64,000 nucleotides of DNA from Myxococcales bacterium (GTDB taxonomy: Bacteria > Myxococcota_A > Polyangia > Polyangiales > Polyangiaceae): NCBI GenBank assembly GCA_043747615.1, contig JAYTOU010000033.1:32001-96000 (forward strand), read 5' to 3'. Shown here one piece after another: positions 1 to 9,791 of the stretch. Both the position numbers and the translations under genes were made by a program. The notes under the pieces are model-generated. The model was not told the DNA's origin. It saw only the letters and a list, made by a program, of their open reading frames with translations, and ran no database searches. The number at the start of each line of letters is the position of its first letter. Positions within the stretch are counted from its first letter, which is position 1.

Positions 1-1270
1 TCTTGAAGCGCGAAACCATGTCGGCAAATACTTCGCCCCGCACGATGGGGCTCTTCTCTTCTGGGTCCGCCTCGAGATCGAAAACCTGGTTGTAGGCTTC
101 GGTACCGAAGGCAATCAGCTTGTATTTCCCATGGATGAAAGCGCGACGCCGATCGTTGTCGCTGGTCGCCGGGAGATCGATCGCCATGTCGCGCGGCTCT
201 GGCTTTGCGCCGTAAAGGTCCGGCACGAGGCTCTTGCCTTCGAACCCCGGGTCCGCAGTGATACCGAAGAGATCGAGGATGGTGGGCGCGACGTCGATGG
301 CGCTGCGCGGCTCGTCGATCTTGCGCGGCGTTGCATTCGGCAGCACGACGAAGAGCGGTATGCGAACGAGGTTTTCCCATAGCTCGAAGCCGTGGAAGAA
401 CTGCTTGTGCTCACCGAACGCCTCACCGTGATCGGCGGTGACCACGATCGCCGTGCGCTGTGACCACGGACGCGCCGCGACGAAGTCGAGCAACTTTCCG
501 ATGTACCGGTCGGTGAACGTGACCTCCGCGTCGTAGCGATCGCGCTGCTGCTTTCCGTATGGGCCGATGCCTTCGTGCGCGAGGTACTGATCGTGAGGAT
601 CGAGAAAATGGAACCAGGCGAAGAAGCGCGTGGCCTCGAGCGCCGGGTCCCCCAGTAGCTTTTCGGCGATCGCCTCCTGCTGCGGCGCGGTGATGTTCTC
701 GTCCGTGGTGTTGTTCCACTTCATGTTGGGGACGAGCTCCCAAACGTCGAAGCCCTGATCGAATTTCGCGTCTTTGAAGTAACCGTGCGCGTGCGCGGCA
801 ATGGTTCGGATGCCGTGCTCGTGGAGGACCTCAGGGAAGAACAGGTTCTCCTTTCCGTAGGTGCCGAAGAAGTAGCCGTCGCGTCGCAGCTCCCCAGGGA
901 GCTTTCCGCCAAGCATCCCCCCGAGGCTCATGGAGGTGTACGACGAGAGCGAATAGGCGTGCGAGAAGTCGACCGAGCGTTTCTCGAGCTCCGTCAGGCG
1001 CGGTGCGATCGGACGCGGATATCCAGCCCAGGGCATGTCGGCCCGCAGGCAATCGATGGAGATGAGGATGACGTTGAGCTTCTCGGGCGGCCTCGTGGGG
1101 GGCGACGCGTCGACGATGCTCACCGCGACCGACGCGATGGCTGTCGGCGGCGGCGGCGGAGTCGTAGCCGTCGCCCCGCTCACGTCCTTGCACCCTTCGC
1201 ACCCGAGCGCGCCTCCGAGGAGACAAACGAGGACGCCGCCCCACGCGGCACGACGTCCCGAAAAGCTCAC
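1..1270 (-). CDS. Sulfatase-like / alkaline phosphatase superfamily lipoprotein (3' end runs off the window)
   Basis: Not in the ORF track; translated by hand. GTG at 1270 overlaps the stop of the upstream gene. Reads MSFSGRRAAWGGVLVCLLGGALGC (lipobox)...NVILISIDCLRAD...FFAWFHFLDPH...YDAEVTFTD...VVTADHGEAFGEH...HG...RIPL, the sulfatase-family motif order. Confidence 0.85.
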   Translation of the reverse strand, partial: MSFSGRRAAWGGVLVCLLGGALGCEGCKDVSGATATTPPPPPTAIASVAVSIVDASPPTRPPEKLNVILISIDCLRADMPWAGYPRPIAPRLTELEKRSVDFSHAYSLSSYTSMSLGGMLGGKLPGELRRDGYFFGTYGKENLFFPEVLHEHGIRTIAAHAHGYFKDAKFDQGFDVWELVPNMKWNNTTDENITAPQQEAIAEKLLGDPALEATRFFAWFHFLDPHDQYLAHEGIGPYGKQQRDRYDAEVTFTDRYIGKLLDFVAARPWSQRTAIVVTADHGEAFGEHKQFFHGFELWENLVRIPLFVVLPNATPRKIDEPRSAIDVAPTILDLFGITADPGFEGKSLVPDLYGAKPEPRDMAIDLPATSDNDRRRAFIHGKYKLIAFGTEAYNQVFDLEADPEEKSPIVRGEVFADMVSRFK

Positions 1271-2067
1271 TTCACGAAGACACGGGTGAAGGACGAGGCC
1301 CCCGCCTCGACTTTGGCTTTTCCGGTGTACGTGACGGCGCCTTCGACATGCGGAAAGGTGTCGAGCGTGCAGTTGGTCGGGGCAGTCGCGGCGAGCGTGA
1401 GGTCGGCGCCGATGTCGATGTTGTAGATGACGGCCGACGGCGTGGTCTGACCGTCGAGAACAACCATCGTCGAGCCGTCGGGGAAGCCGCCCTTGAAGTA
1501 CCGGACCTTGGAATTTCCCGGCACGGCCAAGGCAATCGTGGCCCCCGCTTCGCTCGCACACGCGCCGCCTGCGGACTTCGTGATGCCGACGCCGAGGACG
1601 CCCTTCGTCGTGTCGAATCCGGGGAGCGCGCCTTGGAGCATCGATTGCGTCCCCATGTCGACCATGCCGGTCGTGCTGCGATCGTAGTCGGCGGAGATCT
1701 GCCACTCCTGCTCGATGAGCTTCACGTGTGCCGGCTCGGTGACCGTCATGAAGTACGGGGTGTTGATGGGGACTGCGATCTCGTAGACGCCCTTGCTAGG
1801 CGCGCCCATGGTGACGGCGGAGTGCCCTCCGAGGTCGACCGTGGCGCCGACGACGCCGACCGCCTGACCGAGCTCGACCATTTTCCCTTTTTGCTTGGCC
1901 ATGCCGGCGCCCACCGAGCCGTCGCCGCCGCCTCCGTCGCCACCCGTGCCGCCGTCCCCACCTGTGGCCGAATTGTTGGTGGTGCTGCTGCTACAGCCAA
2001 ACGAAACGGCGCCGACCGACAGGGCGATCGTGGAAGCAACTAACGAAGCGAAGATGGGTCGAATCAT
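1267..2067 (-). CDS. Hypothetical lipoprotein with Gly-rich linker and beta-sandwich-like region
   Basis: Signal peptide ending SFGC, then a G/D/T-rich linker; AAGGAG RBS upstream; coupled to the sulfatase gene by a GTGA overlap. Confidence 0.75.
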   Translation of the reverse strand: MIRPIFASLVASTIALSVGAVSFGCSSSTTNNSATGGDGGTGGDGGGGDGSVGAGMAKQKGKMVELGQAVGVVGATVDLGGHSAVTMGAPSKGVYEIAVPINTPYFMTVTEPAHVKLIEQEWQISADYDRSTTGMVDMGTQSMLQGALPGFDTTKGVLGVGITKSAGGACASEAGATIALAVPGNSKVRYFKGGFPDGSTMVVLDGQTTPSAVIYNIDIGADLTLAATAPTNCTLDTFPHVEGAVTYTGKAKVEAGASSFTRVFVK

Positions 2068-2084
2068 GGGGGGCTACTCCTTAG

Positions 2085-2107
2085 AAGAAAAGCGCCGACT
2101 GTCGGCG
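2085..2107 (-). terminator. Possible intrinsic terminator after the kinase-TPR gene
   Basis: On the minus strand, CGCCGA-CAG-TCGGCG hairpin followed by CTTTTCTT, about 25 nt past the stop at 2133. Confidence 0.45.
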
Positions 2108-2132
2108 AGTGACCAAGCCTACCACGTGCGGC

Positions 2133-5100
2133 TCACGAGTCGATTGTCACCATCAGCTTCTCGCGGAGCGCGAAGTATTCTTCGCTCACGCTGAAGAGGA
2201 CGATTTCCTTCATGCGCTCTTTCGCCGCGACGCTGGCTGCATCTTCGGTGGCCCGCATGACCTCGGTCGAGATTTGCAGATCGTGCGCGAGGACGAAGCC
2301 GGCGCGATCGGCCGTGAGATCGACAGACGCGACCCACTTTTTCAGATCGAGCGCGCCGCCAGCCTGGAGGAGCTTCGAGACCAAGCTCGCCAGACGCTCG
2401 CGCTGCGCACCCTGGAATTCGTGGGCCATCGCGGCCATGGCTTCGCCTACTTGCCCCTGCAAATCAGCGGTTACGGGGAACTGCGGCACGCTCAGCTTGA
2501 TGGCGGCAAAGAGCCACGCCTTCAGCCCGGTACCCGTCGGGACGAGGTGACGCACATAATATCCGGGGCGGAAATACGTGAGGTGGCGCCCGGCCACGAA
2601 GGCGAGAGAAGGCGTCGACACTCGCGACTGCTCGAAGGCTGCGCGACCAAGAACGATCGACGGTGTCTGGGCGTGGAGGAATCCGAGCCCGCCCGGATCG
2701 TTTGGATTCTGGAAGACGAGCGGCGGGGCCATGCCGAGGACGCCTGAAGCGTAGTAGAGCGTCTGCGACACGGGATACGGGTGGAGAGAGAGATCGATCG
2801 CATAGCGCGTGTCGAAGCCCATGGCATCGAGCGCCTGGGTGCGGGTGCGGATGATGGTCGGCTGAATCATCGCGAAGATCTTGGTAACGAGCGCGTCCTG
2901 ATCGGTGTGGGCGAGGCGTGCCCAGTCGTCGTCGCTCAGCGCTGCCTGCGCGGGGGCTGCATTGTCGGCGCGGTGCCGCTTGTAGAAGCGCTCCTCGTCT
3001 GGCTCGGCGAGCTTGAGCACGGTGAGCGCCTGGCACAGGCACCAGGCTGCGTCCGCCCGCTTGGCCTCGGTGTAAAGACGGCGAAGAAGCTTGTAGCTCT
3101 CCACGCGGTAAGGATTTCGCTTGAGGATCTGGGTCTGCGATTTGACCGCTTTTTCCAGGTACTGAGTGACGTCGCTGGCGTACAGCTCGGCGAGGAGCTC
3201 CGCGCGGGGGCGGTCCTCTGGGTCGAAGGCTTGGGCCGCTTCGTACGCGTCGATCGCCATCTCCGGCTCGTTCAAGAACTTCTGGTAGAGCGCGCCGAGC
3301 TGGTCGAGGATCTGGGTGAGCTTGACGCGATCGCCCGCCGCTTTGGCCTGGTCGAGCTGCACCTTGAGGAGCCGCTCGATCCCGTCGTGATCGCCCTTGG
3401 TGCGGCGAAGCTCGATGGCCTCTTCGAGCGCCTTCACGAGCGTGGGATCGAACTCGAACGCGCGATCGTAGAAGGCGATGGCCTGATCGATCTCTCCGAG
3501 CTGACGGGCAGAGACGATAGCTGCGGTATGCATGTACTTCGCGCGCTGCTTGGGATCCTCGACGAAATCTGCCAGCCGGAGGACGACCTCGACCAGCTTC
3601 GCCCAATCCTTCTCCTCGGAGTAGAGCTGCATCAGGCGCGTCAGGAGCTTGCGATCGTCGGGACGCTCTTCGAGCGCGGCGACATAGGTCTTCGAGGCGA
3701 GCGAACGATCGTTCATCTTGTGGAAGTAGAGGTCGCCGATTTCAATGAGCAGATCGAATCGCTCGGCGCCGCTCGCCACGTCGAGCCTGCGCTTCTTCGT
3801 GCGCAAGACCTCCGGCCAATTTTCCTTCGCGTCGTAGATCTTCGCGAGCGCGCGGAGCGGCAGCGGATTCGAGGGATCGGCGTTGGCTGCCTCCTGCAGC
3901 GGCGTGATCGCAGCGTCGAGGTCCCCTGCCCGGCGTGCAGATTCTCCGAGGCCATAGAGCGCCTCTGCGCGCTCGGATGAGCCGAGGGCTTTGGCGTGCT
4001 TTGCCAAGATTTCCTCGTACATCTTTCGGGCCATCGGAGCTTCGCCATGCTCGAGGACGACCCTCGCCGCTCGCTGCAGCGCGTCGCCATCGGCGGGCGC
4101 GAGCTTCTGGAGAGCCTCGACGGCCGCGGCGATCCGGGGGTTCGGTGCGTGGATCGACGACGGCGCGACGGAGATCCGCCCCCCGCTGGTCGGGCTGCCA
4201 AGAGCGCTGGACGAGTGGGGACCAGAGTCGGCCACCTTGGGTGAAGCGCTCCCGCCGCCGCTCTTGCCGACCGCCTCGACGTAGCGAATGAGGACGCGGA
4301 TGGCGTCGTCTTTGTCTAGAGCAGTCGCGCGGTTGACAAGCGACTCGTAGTGCTTGGTGGCCTCGAGGAAGCGACCTCCGTTGTAAGCGAGATCGCCGAG
4401 CACGCTGAGGGCCTCCGCGTTGCTTGCGTCGAGCTCGAGGGCGCGCTTGGCGGCGACGGAGGCCTTCGGCTCGTCCTTCAGGCGATCGCGGTACACCTTC
4501 GCCATCTCGGCGTGGAGCCGGGCCTTGGCGAGATCTCCTTCGGCAAACGACAGCTCACGCTCGATGAGCGCGAGCGCGGACGTGCTGTCCCCGCGAACGG
4601 CAAACGCCTGACGGAGCGCGGAGGATGCGCCCGTGTCGCGCGGGTTCGCTTCGAGGGCGAGCTTGTAGCGTTCGATCGCCCCGTCTTTGTCGCCACGTGT
4701 CTCGAGCAGACGTGCCGCGCGCATCCATTGCTCACCCTTTGCCTCGGGCGTGCCCGCTTTGCCGGCGAGCACTTCGATCGCGCTAAGCGCAGCGTGCGCG
4801 TCACCCGAAAGCTCCTTTAAGTGAGCCATGGCCTCGAGCGCGCCGGGGTGACCCGACGAGAGCTGGAGGACTTGCTCATAAACGCGCATCGCGCGCTCGG
4901 GAGACCCGATCTGCTCGGCGAGGATGCGACCCTTCGCGACGAGGAGCTCGACCCGTCGCGGCTCGTCGGAGGTGACCGTCGCGTGCTTGTCGTAAAGCTT
5001 TACGAGCCCTTCCCAGTTGTCGAGCGCGCGATAATGCCGAGCAAGCGCGGTGAGCGCGTTGTCGTTCGGCGGATCGATCTTGAGGATCTCTTCGAGAGCG

Positions 5101-7631
5101 CTCGCGGCACGGCCGTGATCCAGGAACTCTTCGTCGTGCAGGCCGGCCATGCGCTCGTAGAGGTTGATCTTCTGGCGCGGAGTCGCGGCCACTGCCACCT
5201 GACGCTCGAGGATCTCGAGGAGCTCGCGGTACTGACCGTTTCGGTTGAAGATTCGATCGAGACCCTTCAGCGCGTTCAGGCTCGTTGGCTCGATCGCCAG
5301 CACCTCTTCGTAACGGCGCGTCGCCTGGGCGAGATCGTTCAGATCCTCGTAGACCTCGGCAACCTTCGACAGAGCCTGAGCCCGCTCGGGACCTCGCCGC
5401 GCCTCGGCGCGCGTCTCGAGGAGCTTCACCAGCGTCTGAAAATCTCCGCTTCGCTCCGCAAGGCGCGCGAGCGCGTCTCCGGCACGGGCGTGGCCAGGGT
5501 CCTCGGCGAGCACGGCTTCGTAGATTTTCTTTGCGCGCGCCGGATCGTTGAGGCGGGTCTCGAAGAGCTCTGCGGCCTCGGTCTTCAGATCACGGGCGCG
5601 GGGCGTCGTCGCCGCTGCGTCCGCACGTGCCTGGAGAATTCCCGCGAGCTCCGGCCACTGCTGGGCGCGGCGATAAATCACGGTGAGGCCTTCGTGAGCC
5701 CGATCGCTCGCCGGATCCGCGACCAGGATCTGCTGGTAGGCCATGAGGGCCATGTCGGCGCGGCCCAGCTTGCCGTCGTACCAGCGACCGGCATGCGAGA
5801 GGAGCACGCTGCGATCGGTCTGGGACAGGGTCTCGCTCTTCACGCCCTCGATGATCGACTCGAGCACTTCCGTCCAGTGCTTCGCGTTTTGCCCGCATAG
5901 GCGCTCGATCTCGCTCGAATACTCCTCGTTCGTCGGGGACTCGCACAGAGCCTGCGTGAAGGCGACGAGCGCCTGCTCCGGGTCTTCGAGCTCCGCTGCG
6001 TACAGCCGACCGATCTCGGCCATCACACGTCCGCGCTCTTCGCCCGGCAGCGCTGCCTGGCTCCGCGTGACGAGCATTTCAACGATGTCTTCGTACTTGC
6101 CGAGAGACTTTCGCACCTCCTCGAGGGCAATGGTGGCGATCTCGTCCGCTGGATCGAGCTCCACGATCTTCAGGTACATCGCCTCGGCCTGAGCCTTGTC
6201 CTTGAGAGCGTTGTCGAAGATGCGGCCGGCGCGGAAGTAGAGGGCTTTCTTGGTCTCTCGCTCGTCGCTGGTGTCGACTTCTAGGGCCGCCGCCGCTTTC
6301 GCGAACGCCTCTGCCACGCGCTTCGGGTCGGCTCCCTCGTCGACGGCCTTCTCCAGTGCGATCGCCGCCTCCGAATCGTCAGGGGCCGCGAGGAGCATTC
6401 CGAGCAGCGACTCCACTTTTTCGGCAGGAATTTTCGTCGTTCCGGGCTTGGTCGTGGCGATGCGATCCAGACGATCGAGCGTGCCGAGAAGTGCGCCGGC
6501 GTCCTTGGGGCGCTGCGCCGGATCCTTCTGAAGCATCGAGGCGATCCACTCGTCGATTTCTTTGGTGATCCAACCGCGTGGAGCCTTAGCGCTCGCGACC
6601 TCTGGCGTCGTTGCGAGGTGCGCGAACGCCGCGTCTGTCGGGTTCTCTACGGGGAAAACGGGCTTGCCGGAGAGGAGCTCGTAGAGCATCGCGCCGAACG
6701 CGTAGACGTCGGTGCGGGCGTCCGACGGGCGGCCACGTACTTGCTCGGGCGCGATCGTCTTCGGCGATCCGAACACCGCGAGGAAGCCGAAGCCCGCGCT
6801 CGTCGCCGCCAGGCGGGGGCGCAATCTGTCGCCACCGAAGTCGATCAGCACGACGCGCGTGGTGTCGGCGCCGTTTGGGGCTGCTGCTCCGCCCGCCGCG
6901 GCGGCCTTTGCGAGGAGCACGTGATCGAGCTTCAGATCGCCGTGCGCGAGCTGCGCCTTGTGGAGCGCTGCGAGCGGCTCGAGGATCCCTCGGATGATCG
7001 GCTTGAGCTCGTTGATGTGAGACGGACCGGTTCGCGCGAAACGGGCTGCAAGGGGCTGCGCGTCGATGTGCTCGTAGGCGACGTAGAACACGCCGTCACC
7101 GTCGCGTTTTCCGTGCGTGGCGGTCGATCCGAGATCGAGCTGTCCGGCGTCGATGCCTTGGGGAAGTCCCTCGTGCTTCACCGCAGCGACCAAGCGATTG
7201 GCGGTGAGGAAGCGATGCACGGCCCGGCGATCACGCGCCGCTTCGCGCCGGAGCGTCTTCAGCGTGTAGGGCTTTCCGTCTCTCTTCGCGAGGTAGACGA
7301 CGCCGAGGTCGCTCTGTCCGACCTTCCGCTCGACCGTGTACTCGCCGACGACCGTTCCCGCCGGAATGTCGTCGATGCCCAGGAGACCGCCAATATCGCG
7401 AACGCGCGGGTCGACTTCGTTTCGGGAGACGAGGATCACGTCGACCAGCGCCTCGATGCGATCGCCGTCGACGCAGCGCTCGGTGAGCGCCTTCGCGAAG
7501 CTGCCCTTCGCCGCGACGCCGCCGACGTCCTCGGGATCGAGTCCGAGGAGCGTCTTGCTCATGGCCGTCATCTCGTCGAGCGAGAAGAGTCGTTCGAGCT
7601 CACCGCGAAGAATTTCGATCGTGACCGTCAT
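2133..7631 (-). CDS. Giant Ser/Thr kinase-like + TPR repeat protein (1832 aa) with a small N-terminal helical domain
   Basis: Kinase motifs YTLK, HGDLKLDHV, DFG, APEQ and DVYAFG, followed by more than 1000 aa of TPR-like repeats. Confidence 0.85.
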   Translation of the reverse strand: MTVTIEILRGELERLFSLDEMTAMSKTLLGLDPEDVGGVAAKGSFAKALTERCVDGDRIEALVDVILVSRNEVDPRVRDIGGLLGIDDIPAGTVVGEYTVERKVGQSDLGVVYLAKRDGKPYTLKTLRREAARDRRAVHRFLTANRLVAAVKHEGLPQGIDAGQLDLGSTATHGKRDGDGVFYVAYEHIDAQPLAARFARTGPSHINELKPIIRGILEPLAALHKAQLAHGDLKLDHVLLAKAAAAGGAAAPNGADTTRVVLIDFGGDRLRPRLAATSAGFGFLAVFGSPKTIAPEQVRGRPSDARTDVYAFGAMLYELLSGKPVFPVENPTDAAFAHLATTPEVASAKAPRGWITKEIDEWIASMLQKDPAQRPKDAGALLGTLDRLDRIATTKPGTTKIPAEKVESLLGMLLAAPDDSEAAIALEKAVDEGADPKRVAEAFAKAAAALEVDTSDERETKKALYFRAGRIFDNALKDKAQAEAMYLKIVELDPADEIATIALEEVRKSLGKYEDIVEMLVTRSQAALPGEERGRVMAEIGRLYAAELEDPEQALVAFTQALCESPTNEEYSSEIERLCGQNAKHWTEVLESIIEGVKSETLSQTDRSVLLSHAGRWYDGKLGRADMALMAYQQILVADPASDRAHEGLTVIYRRAQQWPELAGILQARADAAATTPRARDLKTEAAELFETRLNDPARAKKIYEAVLAEDPGHARAGDALARLAERSGDFQTLVKLLETRAEARRGPERAQALSKVAEVYEDLNDLAQATRRYEEVLAIEPTSLNALKGLDRIFNRNGQYRELLEILERQVAVAATPRQKINLYERMAGLHDEEFLDHGRAASALEEILKIDPPNDNALTALARHYRALDNWEGLVKLYDKHATVTSDEPRRVELLVAKGRILAEQIGSPERAMRVYEQVLQLSSGHPGALEAMAHLKELSGDAHAALSAIEVLAGKAGTPEAKGEQWMRAARLLETRGDKDGAIERYKLALEANPRDTGASSALRQAFAVRGDSTSALALIERELSFAEGDLAKARLHAEMAKVYRDRLKDEPKASVAAKRALELDASNAEALSVLGDLAYNGGRFLEATKHYESLVNRATALDKDDAIRVLIRYVEAVGKSGGGSASPKVADSGPHSSSALGSPTSGGRISVAPSSIHAPNPRIAAAVEALQKLAPADGDALQRAARVVLEHGEAPMARKMYEEILAKHAKALGSSERAEALYGLGESARRAGDLDAAITPLQEAANADPSNPLPLRALAKIYDAKENWPEVLRTKKRRLDVASGAERFDLLIEIGDLYFHKMNDRSLASKTYVAALEERPDDRKLLTRLMQLYSEEKDWAKLVEVVLRLADFVEDPKQRAKYMHTAAIVSARQLGEIDQAIAFYDRAFEFDPTLVKALEEAIELRRTKGDHDGIERLLKVQLDQAKAAGDRVKLTQILDQLGALYQKFLNEPEMAIDAYEAAQAFDPEDRPRAELLAELYASDVTQYLEKAVKSQTQILKRNPYRVESYKLLRRLYTEAKRADAAWCLCQALTVLKLAEPDEERFYKRHRADNAAPAQAALSDDDWARLAHTDQDALVTKIFAMIQPTIIRTRTQALDAMGFDTRYAIDLSLHPYPVSQTLYYASGVLGMAPPLVFQNPNDPGGLGFLHAQTPSIVLGRAAFEQSRVSTPSLAFVAGRHLTYFRPGYYVRHLVPTGTGLKAWLFAAIKLSVPQFPVTADLQGQVGEAMAAMAHEFQGAQRERLASLVSKLLQAGGALDLKKWVASVDLTADRAGFVLAHDLQISTEVMRATEDAASVAAKERMKEIVLFSVSEEYFALREKLMVTIDS

Positions 7632-7747
7632 GGCGCGAACCTCGGAAAAATGTCGGCGAAAACCCGCACGACAGCATCACGCGCGGAGCACCGCTTTTAG
7701 CTCACCCGAGGCGCAAGAACGACGAGTTTTTCCGGAAATTTTTGTAT

Positions 7748-8404
7748 CTAGTGATGGTGGAGACGGTCGACGCCGGGGTACGAAGGGTCGCCCGGTTCGT
7801 GGCGCGGGTTCTCCGATTTCACGGTGCCGTCGCGGCCTGGGACCTGCAAAAGAAGATCCTTTTCGTAAATGAATTGCTCGCGCGAATCGTAAGGGACGGC
7901 GTGCACTCCAGTGTCCATCCGGATGGCGTCGCACGGGCACGCTTCGACGCAATAACCGCAGAAGATGCAACGGAGCTCGTCGATCACGAACTTCACCGGG
8001 AAGCGCTCGTAGCCGCGGCGCTCGTCGCCCACCGGGTACTCGCCCGCCTCGATGAAGATGCACTGCGCTGGGCAGGCCGTGGAGCAGCACAAACACGCCA
8101 CGCAGCGGGGATCTCCGTCTTCGCGCTGGGTGAGGCGGTGCAGCCCGCGGAATCGCTCGGGGTACGGACGTTTCTGCTCCGGATACGAGATCGTCGTGAT
8201 CCCCTCGTCGAAGCGCTCGGTCATCGGATCTGGCCTCTTGCCCCGGATCATCTCCTTCGTATTGCGGAAGAAGTGCTCCATCGATACGCCGAGCCCTTTG
8301 AAGATCTCCGGCAAGTACGCCTGGGTGACCGCGGTGCGCGGCGCGCCAACGACCGCGACGGCGTTCGTGGGTGAAGAAGCCTTTTTCGGAAATGCCGTAC
8401 CCAT
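7748..8404 (-). CDS. nuoI: NADH-quinone oxidoreductase subunit I
   Basis: YPEQK...RFRGLH; two CxxCxxCxxxCP [4Fe-4S] motifs; nuo operon context. Confidence 0.95.
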   Translation of the reverse strand: MGTAFPKKASSPTNAVAVVGAPRTAVTQAYLPEIFKGLGVSMEHFFRNTKEMIRGKRPDPMTERFDEGITTISYPEQKRPYPERFRGLHRLTQREDGDPRCVACLCCSTACPAQCIFIEAGEYPVGDERRGYERFPVKFVIDELRCIFCGYCVEACPCDAIRMDTGVHAVPYDSREQFIYEKDLLLQVPGRDGTVKSENPRHEPGDPSYPGVDRLHHH

Positions 8405-8419
8405 GTTCGTCTTACCTCG

Positions 8420-9787
8420 CTAGGCCTGCATCGGGGTGGTTTCGGTGCCGCCGGCATCCGTTGCGTACTTCCCGGCGCTTCCGAACGCGCTCGGTTTTCT
8501 CTTGGTGGTCGAGAAGAACCCGACGACTCCGCGAATGACGAACGTGGTGAGGACGAGCGCCACGAGCGCCTGGGAAACGTCGCCGGCGATCTTGAGACCG
8601 TTCGACAGCTCCAATCCGGCGTTGTCGATCGCGAGGTAGATCGTCCCCGTCGCGAAGATGTTGGCGAGCGACGCCGGCAGAAGCACCTTCCATCCGAGCT
8701 TCATCAGCTGGTCGTAACGGAAGCGCGGCAGGCTCCAGCGCACGAAGGCCTGGAACGAGCAGATCACCAGCGTCTTACCGAAGAAGACGAGGACGCCGAG
8801 GATCGACATCACGAGGTGAGGAATCGCCACGTGAATGATGCTCGTGGCGCCGAAGGCCACGGTGATCCCGTCGCGGTGGAAGAACGGAAGCTGCCAGCCG
8901 CCGAGGAAAATCGTGACCAAGAGCATCGAGCTCGTGACGACTTCCATGTACTCGGCGAAATAGAACATTCCGAACTTCATCCCCGAATACTCGGTGAAGT
9001 AGCCGGAAACGAGCTCGCTCTCCGCTTCCGGAAGATCGAACGGAATGCGCTTCGACTCGGCGACTGCCGCGGTGAAGAAGAGAAAGAAGGCCACCGGCTG
9101 GACGAAGATCCCCCAGGCGTTGTCTCCCTGCCAGCGCACCATGTCGTCGAGGCGGACGGTGCCGTAGATCATCATTGCGCCGATGAGCGACAGCCCCATT
9201 GCTACTTCGTAGCTCACCATCTGGCTTGCCGCGCGAAGGGCGCCCATCAGCGAAAATTTGTTGTCGCTGCTCCAGCCCGCGATGGCGGCGCCGACGATGC
9301 CTTGCCCAGCCAAGGCGAAGACGTACAGGACGCCGACGTTGAGGGGCGCGATGGCCATGCTCACCGGATAGAACCCCTCTCTCAGAGAGATGGGCGGCGC
9401 ACCGAAGCGCTCGACGAAGGCGTGGCTGCCTCCCGCGAAGAGTGCGCGCGGGTCGAGCGTGTCGCCCATCGGGATCACCGCGGCGAGGGCGATGACCGGC
9501 ATCATGGCCAGGATGGGAGCGAGGCTGAAAAGAAGCTTGTCCGCGTTCGGCGGCATGAAGTCCTCTTTGAAGAAGAACTTCACTCCGTCCGCGGCGGTGT
9601 GGAGGAGCCCAGCCAAGCGCAGCTCGAATTTTCCGATCTTGATGACCGCGCGGTTCGGGCCGATGCGGTCCTGGATCATCGCGCTCTGCCGGCGATCGAG
9701 CCAGGTGAGGACGCCGGCTACGTTGACCAAGAAGCCGATCATGAGGACGATCTTGAAGAGCGCCCAGAGAGCTTGGGAGAGGATCAT
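8420..9787 (-). CDS. nuoH: NADH-quinone oxidoreductase subunit H
   Basis: QDRIGPNR, ADGVKFFFKED, RAASQMVSYE, PFDLPEAESELVSGYFTEYSG and PRFRYDQLM motifs. Confidence 0.95.
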   Translation of the reverse strand: MILSQALWALFKIVLMIGFLVNVAGVLTWLDRRQSAMIQDRIGPNRAVIKIGKFELRLAGLLHTAADGVKFFFKEDFMPPNADKLLFSLAPILAMMPVIALAAVIPMGDTLDPRALFAGGSHAFVERFGAPPISLREGFYPVSMAIAPLNVGVLYVFALAGQGIVGAAIAGWSSDNKFSLMGALRAASQMVSYEVAMGLSLIGAMMIYGTVRLDDMVRWQGDNAWGIFVQPVAFFLFFTAAVAESKRIPFDLPEAESELVSGYFTEYSGMKFGMFYFAEYMEVVTSSMLLVTIFLGGWQLPFFHRDGITVAFGATSIIHVAIPHLVMSILGVLVFFGKTLVICSFQAFVRWSLPRFRYDQLMKLGWKVLLPASLANIFATGTIYLAIDNAGLELSNGLKIAGDVSQALVALVLTTFVIRGVVGFFSTTKRKPSAFGSAGKYATDAGGTETTPMQA

Positions 9788-9791
9788 CGTT

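Noticed and set aside
2464..7700. Long overlapping or antisense ORFs over the kinase-TPR gene (and similar ones throughout the window)
   Set aside because: Shadow ORFs expected at high GC. They are Arg/Ala/Pro-rich or mirror the codon bias of the real gene, and carry no recognisable motifs.
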